Below, piece by piece: positions 27,472 to 36,538 of a stretch of DNA of 48,218 nt. The DNA comes from a virus. Lineage: Duplodnaviria; Caudoviricetes. The stretch lies in the IMG/VR virus record IMGVR_UViG_3300016649_000214, positions 1 to 48,218 of that record; one strand, given 5' to 3'. Each line of letters begins with the position of its first letter. Position 1 is the stretch's first letter. The notes under the pieces are model-generated. The model saw nothing but the letters and a program-made list of their open reading frames with translations. It searched no databases and had not been told where the DNA came from. A program made the translations under genes and the position numbers.

Positions 27472-27556
27472 AATCTGGCTCAGAGCTCTCGCGTATGAGC
27501 TTCAGCGTGTAGTGCGGCACGCATTCACTCAAGAGCCCTGACCGGATTGCAGAAAG

Positions 27557-27584
27557 CAAAAAGCCCCGCACGATGGCGAGGCTT
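27557..27584 (-). terminator. tR'-like terminator after the late promoter
   Basis: AAGCCTCGC...GCGGGGCTT plus T run, just downstream of Q. Confidence 0.7.
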
Positions 27585-27624
27585 GGTGTTCTGATAGGTC
27601 AAACGCAAATACGGCAACCTACAC

Positions 27625-27658
27625 TAAATATATTGCTCATTTGTTCATTAAAATGCAA
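27625..27658 (-). promoter_or_regulatory. Late promoter pR' region (approximate)
   Basis: TTGCAT -35-like at the Q stop codon, AT-rich -10 candidates, followed by a terminator. Confidence 0.45.
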
Positions 27659-28145
27659 GCACGATATGACTATTTTTTGCAATTTTCCTCACACTTTCTC
27701 GATCGTTGAATGCATTTTGTAATGGCTGATAAAGGCAAAACAACGAAGCATTGATAACCTGTTTAACTTCCCGGCGGATGGTTGAAATGCTCGGGTGCTT
27801 ATACTGGTTTCCGGCGCGGGTCTTCATCAGGCGAGGCTTGCTCACTGCATGCTGCCATGAGGCGATCCTTATCTCACTTGAGTTGCAGACGTAATAGGCA
27901 AAAATTACCTTCCATGCATTCTCATCTACATTTTTCAGGTAATGCCGGATTACAGCGTCAATCAGCATCCCATCATCATCGCTGCATACAGGCCTTGAGG
28001 ATACTTGCGGTTCAACTGTGGACATGAACTTGGCAATCATATTTATCATCGCCTTGTCTATCTTTCCTGTCTGGCACCATGCGCCCCAAAGCTGGAGCCA
28101 CTGATCTATCCACTGGTGCTGTTCGTTGGTTAATTCCAGTTTCAT
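27648..28145 (-). CDS. Q: Late antiterminator Q
   Basis: WL.LWGAW and R..C.DDDG..I motifs; upstream of the lysis cassette. Confidence 0.85.
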   Translation of the reverse strand: MKLELTNEQHQWIDQWLQLWGAWCQTGKIDKAMINMIAKFMSTVEPQVSSRPVCSDDDGMLIDAVIRHYLKNVDENAWKVIFAYYVCNSSEIRIASWQHAVSKPRLMKTRAGNQYKHPSISTIRREVKQVINASLFCLYQPLQNAFNDRESVRKIAKNSHIVLAF

Positions 28146-28282
28146 GCTGTCTCTCCCAGGGTCTGATAGATGCGGGCGAAATTCTTGAGGATGCGGCAGT
28201 CAACCAGTACGCAGCCGCTGCTGCGTAAAAGGCGAAGCTTTATCCAGCGGTCGCGGATGCGTTCGATAACGTCACGGCTCAT
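28142..28282 (-). CDS. Small YlcG-like protein (46 aa)
   Basis: Hand-translated MSRDVIERIRDRW.KLRL.R..G.VLVD.RILKNF; ATGA coupling on both sides. Confidence 0.6.
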   Translation of the reverse strand: MSRDVIERIRDRWIKLRLLRSSGCVLVDCRILKNFARIYQTLGETA

Positions 28283-28509
28283 TTGGATGCCCTCGCCATG
28301 GCCTTAGCCATCGCTTTATACGCCCTGAGCACATACGCGCTCTTTCCGTACAGGGTGATCTGGAAGGTAATGCCGCGAGACTCCCAGGTATTGACCGGAG
28401 AAGCGTACAGACCAGCATCCGCAATACGCCTGGCCTTAGCCAGTTGCCAAAATGGACCGGTCAGCCAGATGCGGGCATAAACCCCTTCGTCGCTATAGGT
28501 GATCTTCAT
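28279..28509 (-). CDS. Hypothetical protein
   Basis: ATGA-coupled ORF in the nin region. Confidence 0.65.
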   Translation of the reverse strand: MKITYSDEGVYARIWLTGPFWQLAKARRIADAGLYASPVNTWESRGITFQITLYGKSAYVLRAYKAMAKAMARASK

Positions 28510-29144
28510 GCGGCCTCCTGATGGCGGGCGCGGCGCTTCTCCAGCGCGCGGGCTCTGCGGGTGAATATGGATTTGATGCGCTGCAGGTAGGGAATATCGA
28601 ACCGGCGCGGCTCGTTATCAGCCTCAAGGCGCTCTACGCGGTCCTGGCCAATGCGATCAATAAGGTGAATCCGGTACTCAACAGCGTTACCGCTCAACTG
28701 CCGGTTGCAGCGGGTACAGGCGGAGTGGACATTGAATACGTTGAACTTCAGGTGCGACGCCGCGCCGCGTGAACGGTAATGGCTGGCATCAATGGCGCTG
28801 CCGGTCAGGTAGTTGCTCTTTCCAATCAGCGGAGCACCGCAACTGGCGCAGGGCTTACCTTCATCACGAATGCGAATGTACCGGTTAAAGGCTGACTGAG
28901 CCTCTTTATCCCATTGGGCCTTTGTCTTGAATGACTCGCGTTTGGCCCGGCGACGCTGGCGCCCCTCTTTCTCGGATTGGCGCTGGAGCTTCACCGCCAT
29001 GGACTTCGCCGATTCACGGGCTTTAGCTGTCTGCTTTTTGCCGATCGCGCTGGCGCATTCAAAACTGCATACCACCTGCCCTTCCCGGGCAGGATGGAAC
29101 CATTCGCGGCAGTGGGCGCATTTACGACGTGCTGGTTTACGCAT
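28506..29144 (-). CDS. ninG: NinG/Rap recombination endonuclease
   Basis: Cys pairs; FN.YIR.RD.G.PC.SCG; H.RSRGAA.HL.F; C..CN..LSGN. Confidence 0.9.
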   Translation of the reverse strand: MRKPARRKCAHCREWFHPAREGQVVCSFECASAIGKKQTAKARESAKSMAVKLQRQSEKEGRQRRRAKRESFKTKAQWDKEAQSAFNRYIRIRDEGKPCASCGAPLIGKSNYLTGSAIDASHYRSRGAASHLKFNVFNVHSACTRCNRQLSGNAVEYRIHLIDRIGQDRVERLEADNEPRRFDIPYLQRIKSIFTRRARALEKRRARHQEAA

Positions 29145-29313
29145 GTGGCCTCCGTGCTCTCAGGCGTAGCCACTTCTTATCGACCAGGCGGGCGGTGTAG
29201 TCTTTCAGGGTCGGGATGTCGGAAGGTTTAACTTCGACCTTGCGCTTGCGGCGCGCCGGCACGCGGAAGATGCCGCGCTCCATTACTTTGGCGAGAAGAC
29301 ATTGCATAGCCAT
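29137..29313 (-). CDS. NinE-like protein (58 aa)
   Basis: Hand-translated; IFRVP.RR.RK...PS.IPT...Y.A.L.D..W.R. Confidence 0.6.
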   Translation of the reverse strand: MAMQCLLAKVMERGIFRVPARRKRKVEVKPSDIPTLKDYTARLVDKKWLRLRARRPHA

Positions 29314-29909
29314 CACCCCGCAAAGCTCAGCAGTTGACTGGCGGCGTTTTCAGCCTCAGCCGGCGAGTGGAATTTGCGACGCAGAATGTAGTTCCAGAGC
29401 ACATTCAGCACTGATTTGTAGACGCCGTTAAACTGGCTGTCGTCCATGCTGGCGAAGGAGATCGACTTTGCGACACGACGACGGCTGCCGTCAGGCATCT
29501 GGTATTCGTCGTAAAAGCCAGCCTGAATGGTTGCCCACTCGCGGAAGGATTCGAAGTGTTTCAGCAGCGCCATATCGCGGGAACGAGAAATGCCAACAGA
29601 GGAGAGATACATATCCGCGGCGTTCTGGAGCGCAGCGCGCTGATCGAAGTCGGATGAAAGGAAGTCGATAAACCCGGATATGAGGGTACGCTCTGCGGGC
29701 TCAATGAGACCACCGGAAGGCGTCCAATAGTGATACCCGAGAGTCAGAAGCTTGAAGAACTTCTTGTGGAATGCGTAATTCCGGGGCTTGCGGAACTCAC
29801 CGCAAAGCAGTTGCCCTACGGGGAGAAGTTGCAGGTATTCGCTGGTTCCTGGCTCTGCGGGAATCAGTACGTTTTGATAACTCTTCTCAAATTGCAGTGT
29901 TTGCGCCAT
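29313..29909 (-). CDS. DUF1367-like nin-region protein
   Basis: RN..FH.KFF.LL, F..FR.W....AG.Y and SISFA.MD motifs. Confidence 0.75.
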   Translation of the reverse strand: MAQTLQFEKSYQNVLIPAEPGTSEYLQLLPVGQLLCGEFRKPRNYAFHKKFFKLLTLGYHYWTPSGGLIEPAERTLISGFIDFLSSDFDQRAALQNAADMYLSSVGISRSRDMALLKHFESFREWATIQAGFYDEYQMPDGSRRRVAKSISFASMDDSQFNGVYKSVLNVLWNYILRRKFHSPAEAENAASQLLSFAG

Positions 29910-30003
29910 GTGTCCCCACTTGGCGCCGGATAATCGTGTCAGTTGCTCAGGCTGACAAGGGAATTATGACGGGCTAAATATCAAATTGCAAAACGAGCAT
30001 AGG

Positions 30004-30262
30004 CTATTTTTTCTCGTTCTGGCTGGCCATCTCGATGTAACGCGGATCTGATGCGCGGGGCAACTGGATGCTCTGCTCGCGGTAGTAGCGCACGCGCTCC
30101 ATGAAAATATTCTCGAAGGTGCTCGGGCTGCTCTCTGGCGACCACTTCTGCGACTACCGGCATGTTCAGGCGCTCTTTGTAGGCGACGCCGGACGCTGCA
30201 AGGTCTACATTGACCTTATCGCGCTCTTCCTGACTTTTTGCTGCAATGTTCCACTTCGACAT
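30004..30262 (-). pseudogene. hot: DNA polymerase III theta homologue (P1 Hot/HolE-like) with a +1 frameshift
   Basis: [30 protein letters not shown] is near-identical to P1 Hot as recalled. The expected C-terminus [19 protein letters not shown] is in another frame after the T4 run at 30104..30107. Confidence 0.85.
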
Positions 30263-30270
30263 TTTTCCTC

Positions 30271-30471
30271 CTATGGCTGCCACCCCATACCACAGTTACC
30301 CGTTTCATACAGCCACTTATGACCGCATTCTGTGCACTTGTAATAACTTTCTTCAGCACCACGTCCGTGAAAGCTAGCATACTTCCCTTGCTCTTCAGGG
30401 ATGCGTTTCATGCACGGCAATGGTGGTTCGCGACGCTTTCTTGGCTGCTGTTCGCATACTTTGCATGTCAT
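30271..30471 (-). CDS. Small zinc-ribbon protein
   Basis: CxxC...CxxCGH.W; GGAGG RBS before MTCKVC. Confidence 0.7.
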   Translation of the reverse strand: MTCKVCEQQPRKRREPPLPCMKRIPEEQGKYASFHGRGAEESYYKCTECGHKWLYETGNCGMGWQP

Positions 30472-30575
30472 AAGAGCCTCCACAAAATAGTAAAGGCCAC
30501 ACGATAGCATGGCCCTTGATATTTATCTTTGCGCAACATCACTCCCGCTGCGCGGCTTTGCGTTCTGCGGGGGAT

Positions 30576-30743
30576 TTAGGCACGCCTTACCTCGCTGAGT
30601 CGATTGGCTTCCGTTATTACCACTACAGCGGAAACCAGAATGACCATAATGCCGAAAATTAACCCCGTAGCATCGTTATGCTCCTGGTCTGACATGGCGA
30701 TAAGGAGCGCCCCGAAACAGTTTGAAGTCCAATGAAATTTCAT
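30576..30743 (-). CDS. Small membrane protein (55 aa)
   Basis: Hand-translated MKFHW...GLIFGIMVILVSAVVVITE...; AGGAGG upstream. Confidence 0.5.
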   Translation of the reverse strand: MKFHWTSNCFGALLIAMSDQEHNDATGLIFGIMVILVSAVVVITEANRLSEVRRA

Positions 30744-30832
30744 CACAAATCAGCCCTCCTGCACCGTTCTGCGCTTAGCTCTTGCCAGCAAACAAGTCAG
30801 CACGAAAGCGCGGTGCTGTCGCATACCCTCTG

Positions 30833-31552
30833 TCATGGTTTTGGCTCCTGCGGGGCGGCTGGCAGCGGCATCCAGTGGGTTATTTCATGGCTCTGAAACT
30901 GCGCCTGCAGTTCGCTTTTGATAAACCACACGGGCCCTTGCCTTTTGCTCTCACTCCACCACCCCCAATAATTGCCGTCCGTTTCCGGCATCCGCTCGCT
31001 TACCGGAATCCATGTATCCGCGACGCTATCGACGCTCTGTAGCGAGTTGAGAGCGGGGGTATCATGCTGGGCGGCTGCGAGCATGGCGACATAACGCTCG
31101 CGCAAAGACTTGCGTCCGTAGTCGCTATCGTTAAATGCAGCGCACATGGCTTGCGTTGGCTCCTTCGGCACCATCACGTAACCATCTGGAATCACTGGGA
31201 TACCGGTAGATGCGGTTACGGATTTACCATCCGGAATTACCGGAGAGCTGCCGCTATACGCTGCGTAAATCGCATCGCAGATAGTCTTACATTCAATCAA
31301 AACATCGGGTTCAACATGCGTTCCATGCAAGCCGCCAAAGGTTTCTTCCAGTGTCCGGCGGATATGGCCAATACCTTCCATAGCTGAGCGGAAGTTTTCT
31401 ATGGCCACCGGCTCGCTGTCCATTGCGGCCAGCGCCATGCGGGCCAGCTCCTCGGCCTCTTCTGCTGGTAGCATTACGTTGCTTCCGGCTCCGTAGGTTT
31501 CACGCCATGATTTGATTTTTCCCAGACGTTCTCTGGTTAATTTACTGGTCAT
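30833..31552 (-). CDS. Eaa-like mosaic protein with C-terminal DUF551
   Basis: IPDGYV.VP.EPT, WIPVSERMP and THWMPLP.AP modules. Confidence 0.8.
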   Translation of the reverse strand: MTSKLTRERLGKIKSWRETYGAGSNVMLPAEEAEELARMALAAMDSEPVAIENFRSAMEGIGHIRRTLEETFGGLHGTHVEPDVLIECKTICDAIYAAYSGSSPVIPDGKSVTASTGIPVIPDGYVMVPKEPTQAMCAAFNDSDYGRKSLRERYVAMLAAAQHDTPALNSLQSVDSVADTWIPVSERMPETDGNYWGWWSESKRQGPVWFIKSELQAQFQSHEITHWMPLPAAPQEPKP

Positions 31553-31857
31553 TCCGCACACTCCGCTTTCCCGCAAACACACAGCGCCTTGATTTCTGCG
31601 CCATCGTTCCTGTTTTTCACCGACTCCTCAGCCATCAACGGACTCATGAATGCACGGTCCTGATAGAGACGGCCATTACAGACTAAATACGCTACCGGCT
31701 CAGATGCGGCCTTGCGGCGTTCATGTAGCTCTGCGAGTGCACATCGAACAATGTGTTCTTCGTGGCTTTCAATTCCAGTTCTGTAATCAAACGCATCCAA
31801 TACGCGCTGAATTTCGTCATCAGTAACTGGTATTTCTGTTAACTGGTTATTGGTCAT
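31549..31857 (-). CDS. Hypothetical Ea-region protein
   Basis: EL.ERRKA..EPVA module; ATGA coupling. Confidence 0.7.
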   Translation of the reverse strand: MTNNQLTEIPVTDDEIQRVLDAFDYRTGIESHEEHIVRCALAELHERRKAASEPVAYLVCNGRLYQDRAFMSPLMAEESVKNRNDGAEIKALCVCGKAECAE

Positions 31858-32750
31858 TGGTTGGCTTCCTCACCCCATGCAGGGGATTCCTCATCGCCCA
31901 TAAACGCCTCGCAGGATGCAGTGCAACCCTCGTAAGCTTCCGGATCGTCTTGTGGGAGTGGCTCCGATAAATCAAACGTTGCGATTAACTCGCGAACGCT
32001 ACGGTAGCCGCGGTAAAACTTACGTGGGTCATCTGATAAAACACCCGCTATTTTATTCGGGCCAGTTTTACCGTACTGATTCTCCAGGTATGCAAAAATG
32101 TCGAAGTGATGCCAGTTATCCCGATAAACCTGCTGCAACTTTTTATCTGATTTTTTGAAGCAGGCTTTGCAATTCCCCAGATACTCAGGGAGTTGCAGAT
32201 TAAAGTCCTGCTGTTCCCAAAAATCGAGAACGTCCAGCTTGTCAGACGGGAACAGGTCTACGAGCGGATACACGCGAATCTGTTTGTTTTGCGATGAGAT
32301 AGTCCTTTTTACCCTGCGCGGCTCGTCGGCACGGATACCGATCGCTGTCAGATACTCTCCCTTTTTCCATCCCAGCGAGCGCACATAACTATGAATAGGG
32401 TTTTCTTTCAGTTCGCGTGTACAATGTGGATAGCTGGCATTGGGGATGCCGTACTTATCAACGATCCATTCGAACGGTTCGCCGGAGCGGTGAGCTGTTT
32501 CATACGTCACTATTTTATGCGCTGTCGCATTGCGACCGGCACGAACGTCGGCTTCAATCCATACAGTGTTAAAACCAAACTGAACATCACACTGATGGAC
32601 GAAATCCAGCGTTTCATTCATTTCCTGCCCGGTATTGGCAAATACTCGCACCATTTCATATTCGTCCTGGTATTCATCCATTAACCGTTTTGCCATGTAC
32701 TGAGATGTGCGCCCGCCAGAGGTTAAAACGAGCATTTTTTGCTTCTTCAT
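31854..32750 (-). CDS. PAPS-reductase-like adenine nucleotide alpha-hydrolase (PP-loop) protein
   Basis: SGGRTS, F.NTG.E, CT..LK..P, GIRADE..R, YPL and GNCxxCF.K motifs. Confidence 0.85.
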   Translation of the reverse strand: MKKQKMLVLTSGGRTSQYMAKRLMDEYQDEYEMVRVFANTGQEMNETLDFVHQCDVQFGFNTVWIEADVRAGRNATAHKIVTYETAHRSGEPFEWIVDKYGIPNASYPHCTRELKENPIHSYVRSLGWKKGEYLTAIGIRADEPRRVKRTISSQNKQIRVYPLVDLFPSDKLDVLDFWEQQDFNLQLPEYLGNCKACFKKSDKKLQQVYRDNWHHFDIFAYLENQYGKTGPNKIAGVLSDDPRKFYRGYRSVRELIATFDLSEPLPQDDPEAYEGCTASCEAFMGDEESPAWGEEANQ

Positions 32751-33032
32751 CTACTCAGCCTCCACCTTGCCGCCAGCGGCGGTAATCTCCACAGAAACGC
32801 CAGCATCAGCACAGGCTTCTTTGAGAGCATCCAGTGAAACAACAATAACTCCCCAGCCAAAGAGGTCGGCCTCGTCAACATGGTCTTTCGACAGCTTCAC
32901 GGTGACGGTGCTGCATAGCATCTGTTCAAGCAGATTCATGCGGCTATTTTTGACAAAATACCCAACAACTTCGCCATCTTCAGTAACCGCCTCGTTGCTA
33001 ATTTCAGCGAACAACTCTTTTCTGCTAATCAT
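32751..33032 (-). CDS. Hypothetical protein
   Basis: Coupled ORF ending in the AAG.KVE.E tail typical of Ea proteins. Confidence 0.6.
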   Translation of the reverse strand: MISRKELFAEISNEAVTEDGEVVGYFVKNSRMNLLEQMLCSTVTVKLSKDHVDEADLFGWGVIVVSLDALKEACADAGVSVEITAAGGKVEAE

Positions 33033-33360
33033 CAGAAACCTCCACGCCAGCCGCGCGAATAGCGGTTATTACATCCGATTTTTCGTAGCACTCAGTAACT
33101 CCAGCCCAAAGGCGAGTTGTTGGCAGCTTCACGGTGCGTGACTCCAACTCGGCGATGCGCTGGCGCAGAGCAGTAACCTCGTCGAACAACTCACAGGAAG
33201 TACGCCCCTGCTCAATCGCTTTTGTCTGTGCCTTCTTCAGCGCCTCTACCAGCTCCTTTAGGTCTCTGGTTTTAATATTCATCTGAGGGTTGAAATTGCT
33301 TACCGCGCGATGGACCTCAAGTTTTAACCTCTGCGCCAGTTCGGTGATATCAGTTGTCAT
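33025..33360 (-). CDS. Ead/Ea22-like protein
   Basis: MTTDITELAQ start; RIAELESRTVKLP module. Confidence 0.75.
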   Translation of the reverse strand: MTTDITELAQRLKLEVHRAVSNFNPQMNIKTRDLKELVEALKKAQTKAIEQGRTSCELFDEVTALRQRIAELESRTVKLPTTRLWAGVTECYEKSDVITAIRAAGVEVSDD

Positions 33361-33848
33361 GCGGCACGCTCCTGTTTTGACTTACGCAGCGCCTCTTTGT
33401 AGCTGGCCTTGGCTACTTTCTTTGTTGGGCACCATTCGCCCTGAATATCACGACGCGGGTAGCCATAAGATGCATCGTATGAGCATCTGAACATCCGGCA
33501 TTTCCCGTGACGGTCATACTCGACCTCTGGATGTTGATAACCCAACAGCCATTCACCGAATGGCAGGCAACTATCAGCGTCGAGGTATTCTTCGTAACGC
33601 GTCTTTTTCTTCGGTTCAGGTAGCGCAGAAATAGCTAATTCTTCGCCTTTTTCCGTGACGTGATAGAGTGTTCCACCGCCAGCAAAATCAGGCGCTGGCC
33701 GTGAGGTAGCGAAGCCATCAGAAACCAGTTTTTTCCACGTCTCGTTGTCCGTATGACCGTCGTCAGCGAGGAAGTAATTGCGATAAGGCGTCCGGTTGTG
33801 CTCACTGATACCCAACGCGTGCTGCATAAGTTCGATAGCGATGCTCAT
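33357..33848 (-). CDS. Hypothetical protein
   Basis: HALG...YRN.F...L...G...YHVT..G (winged-helix-like). Confidence 0.7.
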   Translation of the reverse strand: MSIAIELMQHALGISEHNRTPYRNYFLADDGHTDNETWKKLVSDGFATSRPAPDFAGGGTLYHVTEKGEELAISALPEPKKKTRYEEYLDADSCLPFGEWLLGYQHPEVEYDRHGKCRMFRCSYDASYGYPRRDIQGEWCPTKKVAKASYKEALRKSKQERAA

Positions 33849-34429
33849 TTGGCCCCCTCGCGCAGCTGCTCGCAAAATTCCTTTCCACAGCCGATAGCAC
33901 CAACAATTGCGGCAACTTCATCACCCACAAAATCACCTTCATCAACGCACTGCTGCAGGCGTCCAATGAACTCGCTGGCCCCATCAGCCTTAATCCCGGC
34001 TACGATGCGATCGGTGGCGGGGCATGCCTTCCTGATAGCCTCTTCGGCTTCTGCCCGGGTCAAAAATCCACTTTTCCCGTCATTGCTGACCATCTGGCTG
34101 TCGAACCATGCCTGCAGGCCAGCAACGGTAATATCATCGGGAATCTCGGCCCCAGCTTCGTCTGTAGTACCTTCCAGCCAGTCGCGAGCAGCAGACTCCC
34201 TGCCAAGCGAAAGGCAAGCCAGCGCCGCCTGAGCACCCAGCATCGTTTTGTGGAACATCCATGAGGTGTTGAGTTCACGGGCTGCGCCGTTGAGCAGATA
34301 GGTATTCTCCGCAGCCAGCTGTTGGTACGCTTTCGCCAGCTTCAGGAACTTCTGCTCTCTGATCGACAGCTCGCCTGCCGACTCCAGTGAAGCGATGAGC
34401 TCGTTTACTGCCTGTAGTGTGATAGTCAT
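33845..34429 (-). CDS. Hypothetical Ea-type protein
   Basis: VNELI.SLESAGELSIRE, QLAAEN and PATD modules. Confidence 0.7.
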   Translation of the reverse strand: MTITLQAVNELIASLESAGELSIREQKFLKLAKAYQQLAAENTYLLNGAARELNTSWMFHKTMLGAQAALACLSLGRESAARDWLEGTTDEAGAEIPDDITVAGLQAWFDSQMVSNDGKSGFLTRAEAEEAIRKACPATDRIVAGIKADGASEFIGRLQQCVDEGDFVGDEVAAIVGAIGCGKEFCEQLREGAK

Positions 34430-34719
34430 GCTGATGTTCTCCCGTAAACAGCCAGTACCCGCTTCATCGCCTCGCTGTTGCGACACTCCTGGAATATCCG
34501 GTTAGTGCTGCGCCGCCCCGCTCTTTCGTCCTCAGTGGTCAGCCGGTAGTAAACCGTCCGCCAGGCCTTACCATCGACAACCAGAACGCCTTCCCTGGCC
34601 AGAAGACTTGCAGCCTGGTTAATACTGGTTTGCGTCAATCCAGTAGCTGCGGCGACGTCAGGAGCACAGAATGTTTTATGCGTCTGCAGGTAGTTAAAAA
34701 TCGCTTGTTTTCCGGTCAT
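34426..34719 (-). CDS. Small wHTH protein downstream of the helicase loader
   Basis: IF.ECR.S.AMKRVLAVYG C-terminal motif. Confidence 0.7.
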   Translation of the reverse strand: MTGKQAIFNYLQTHKTFCAPDVAAATGLTQTSINQAASLLAREGVLVVDGKAWRTVYYRLTTEDERAGRRSTNRIFQECRNSEAMKRVLAVYGRTSA

Positions 34720-35567
34720 GAATGGCTCTCCCGATAACTGTCCCAGGTAAACGAAATCGTGCAGCCGCCGCCGTCGTTCATGCGGTCGATGACGCGCTCA
34801 CCGATAAACTGTGTCAGCTCATCCTTCGGCAGGTTGCTGATCAGGATCGTCGGCTTCAGGCGCTCGTAGCGGGTGTTGATGATTTCAAACATGATCATCT
34901 TCTCGGCTTCACTGCCGAACTGAACGCCGACTTCATCGACAATAAGCAGGTCTGGCCGGGTGAAGTGGCGGATCACCTCCTCCTCGGTCCTGGTGGAGGA
35001 TTTTGACCATGTTGATTTGAAATCGCGGGCCACCTTCAGCGCCGTGGTGAAAACTACCGAGCTTTGGTGTTGCTCAATTACGTGCCGGGCAATAGCCAGC
35101 GCGAGATGATTTTTACCGGTACCCGGCTTTCCGCACATAACCAGCCCACCGCCCTGCTGCAGGCGATCAGTCCATTTCGAGGCATAGGCCTGGCAGACTC
35201 GCAATGCACGCTCTGAATCCTTCCCAACCGGCTTGTAGCTATCCAGGGTGCATGATGCGAATCTCTCTGGGATCTCCAGCTGGCGAAGCAGTCTCTCGAC
35301 GCTTTGTTGCCGAACCTGTTTTTCCCATCGCACTTTCTCAGCTTTCAGGAAGCTAAGCTCATCACGAAGACAGCCGGGGCAGCGCGTGGGTGGTGATGGC
35401 AGTCTGACAACTCCGTTCGTAAACATCCGTTTGCGTTGCTCATATTCACCATGCTTTTCGCAGAACACGCGTTCGCATACCAGTTCGCAATTAGGGAACT
35501 GCTCAGGCGGATTGCTCAGGACTTCGAGCATTTTCTCGATGGTTGAGATTTTTTCTTCCAGTTCCAT
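34716..35567 (-). CDS. DnaC/IstB-like helicase loader ATPase
   Basis: GKPGTGKNH Walker A, LLIVDEVG Walker B, N-terminal C..HG..CP.C. Confidence 0.9.
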   Translation of the reverse strand: MELEEKISTIEKMLEVLSNPPEQFPNCELVCERVFCEKHGEYEQRKRMFTNGVVRLPSPPTRCPGCLRDELSFLKAEKVRWEKQVRQQSVERLLRQLEIPERFASCTLDSYKPVGKDSERALRVCQAYASKWTDRLQQGGGLVMCGKPGTGKNHLALAIARHVIEQHQSSVVFTTALKVARDFKSTWSKSSTRTEEEVIRHFTRPDLLIVDEVGVQFGSEAEKMIMFEIINTRYERLKPTILISNLPKDELTQFIGERVIDRMNDGGGCTISFTWDSYRESHS

Positions 35568-35569
35568 GA

Positions 35570-36463
35570 TCAGTCCCTCGCCCATGATGGGATTTCAGTT
35601 TGTCCATAGTCCTTGCCGGAAAAGTTTTCGGTGACACGACTCTGAGGGCGCTGCTGTGGTTTAGCACCTTTCGGCTCAAACAGTCCCTGCCAGCCGTTAG
35701 CGATGCTCTGGTTAATAATTTCTTCAGGGGTGTATCCGATCAGCCTGCAGCGGTCGAGCAGATTGATGGCCTGAGTAACCGTCTGCAGAGATTTGATCGG
35801 CTTTTTCAGGTCACGGCGGTATGCCACCCATGACAACCAGGTGTTAGCCAAAAGCCAATCCGGAAGCTCTGCACTTGTCGGGTCGAAAGAAACCGCCCCG
35901 GGGGATTTAGGGGGTTTATTAATATTGTCTTTATTGTCTTTTGTAATAGTGTCTTTTGTGTGTCCCTGTTTTGGTGACACGGCTGTCACTATTTTGGTGA
36001 CACTTTTTGTCACTACAATGGGGACAGTGTCACCATTATGGTGACTGTCACTACCGTGGTGACAATCTCTGTCACTATCATGGTGACGAACAGGTCCAGT
36101 CTTGGCAGCTGGTACAGCCCACTCATTCAGGTTTTTATTTGGGCCAATTAAGGCGCCCTCAGCGATAAGTACTCGCATGATGAGCAGCTCATTTTTTGCC
36201 GCATTTACCTTCTGACGTGGAAGTCTGGTCAACTGGGAGATCTGAATATCTGCAATACGGTCCATCTTTTTGTTGAACCCGTACGTTTTACGGCAAACGG
36301 CATGAGCAACCTTTGACTGGTTTTTGGTCAGGTTTGCACCGATAAGCTCCTCATACAGCTCGTTAGCCAGACGGGTATATCCATCGTCTGTATCGGCCAC
36401 ACGCAGCTCCTGTAGTGCCACGACAGGCACAGGGAAATTGATTACTTCGGCAGTATTTGCCAT
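35570..36463 (-). CDS. O: Replication initiator (lambda O-like)
   Basis: ADTDDGYTRLANEL, RKTYGFNKK.D.I; internal iterons; C-terminal SI.NGWQGLF. Confidence 0.9.
   Translation of the reverse strand: MANTAEVINFPVPVVALQELRVADTDDGYTRLANELYEELIGANLTKNQSKVAHAVCRKTYGFNKKMDRIADIQISQLTRLPRQKVNAAKNELLIMRVLIAEGALIGPNKNLNEWAVPAAKTGPVRHHDSDRDCHHGSDSHHNGDTVPIVVTKSVTKIVTAVSPKQGHTKDTITKDNKDNINKPPKSPGAVSFDPTSAELPDWLLANTWLSWVAYRRDLKKPIKSLQTVTQAINLLDRCRLIGYTPEEIINQSIANGWQGLFEPKGAKPQQRPQSRVTENFSGKDYGQTEIPSWARD
35961..36088. repeat. Replication origin: six ~19-bp palindromic iterons TGTCAC-N7-GTGACA, with adjacent AT-rich tract
   Basis: Copies start at 35961, 35984, 36008, 36028, 36046 and 36070; AT-rich 35915..35960. 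Confidence 0.85.
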
Positions 36464-36538
36464 AATTACTCCTGTGAATTGATCCAGTTAATTCGCCTGA
36501 AAGCCGTTGGTGTTCGAGCACCGCGGCTTTCGCCTATT

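Noticed and set aside
35961-36088. Regularly spaced palindromic repeats, superficially CRISPR-like
   Set aside because: They lie inside the O gene with 0-5 bp spacing next to an AT-rich tract: ordinary origin iterons, no cas genes.
36499-36531. Hairpin with GTTCGA loop between the cII-downstream ORF and O, T-arm-like
   Set aside because: No remaining cloverleaf; more likely an ordinary leader or terminator hairpin.
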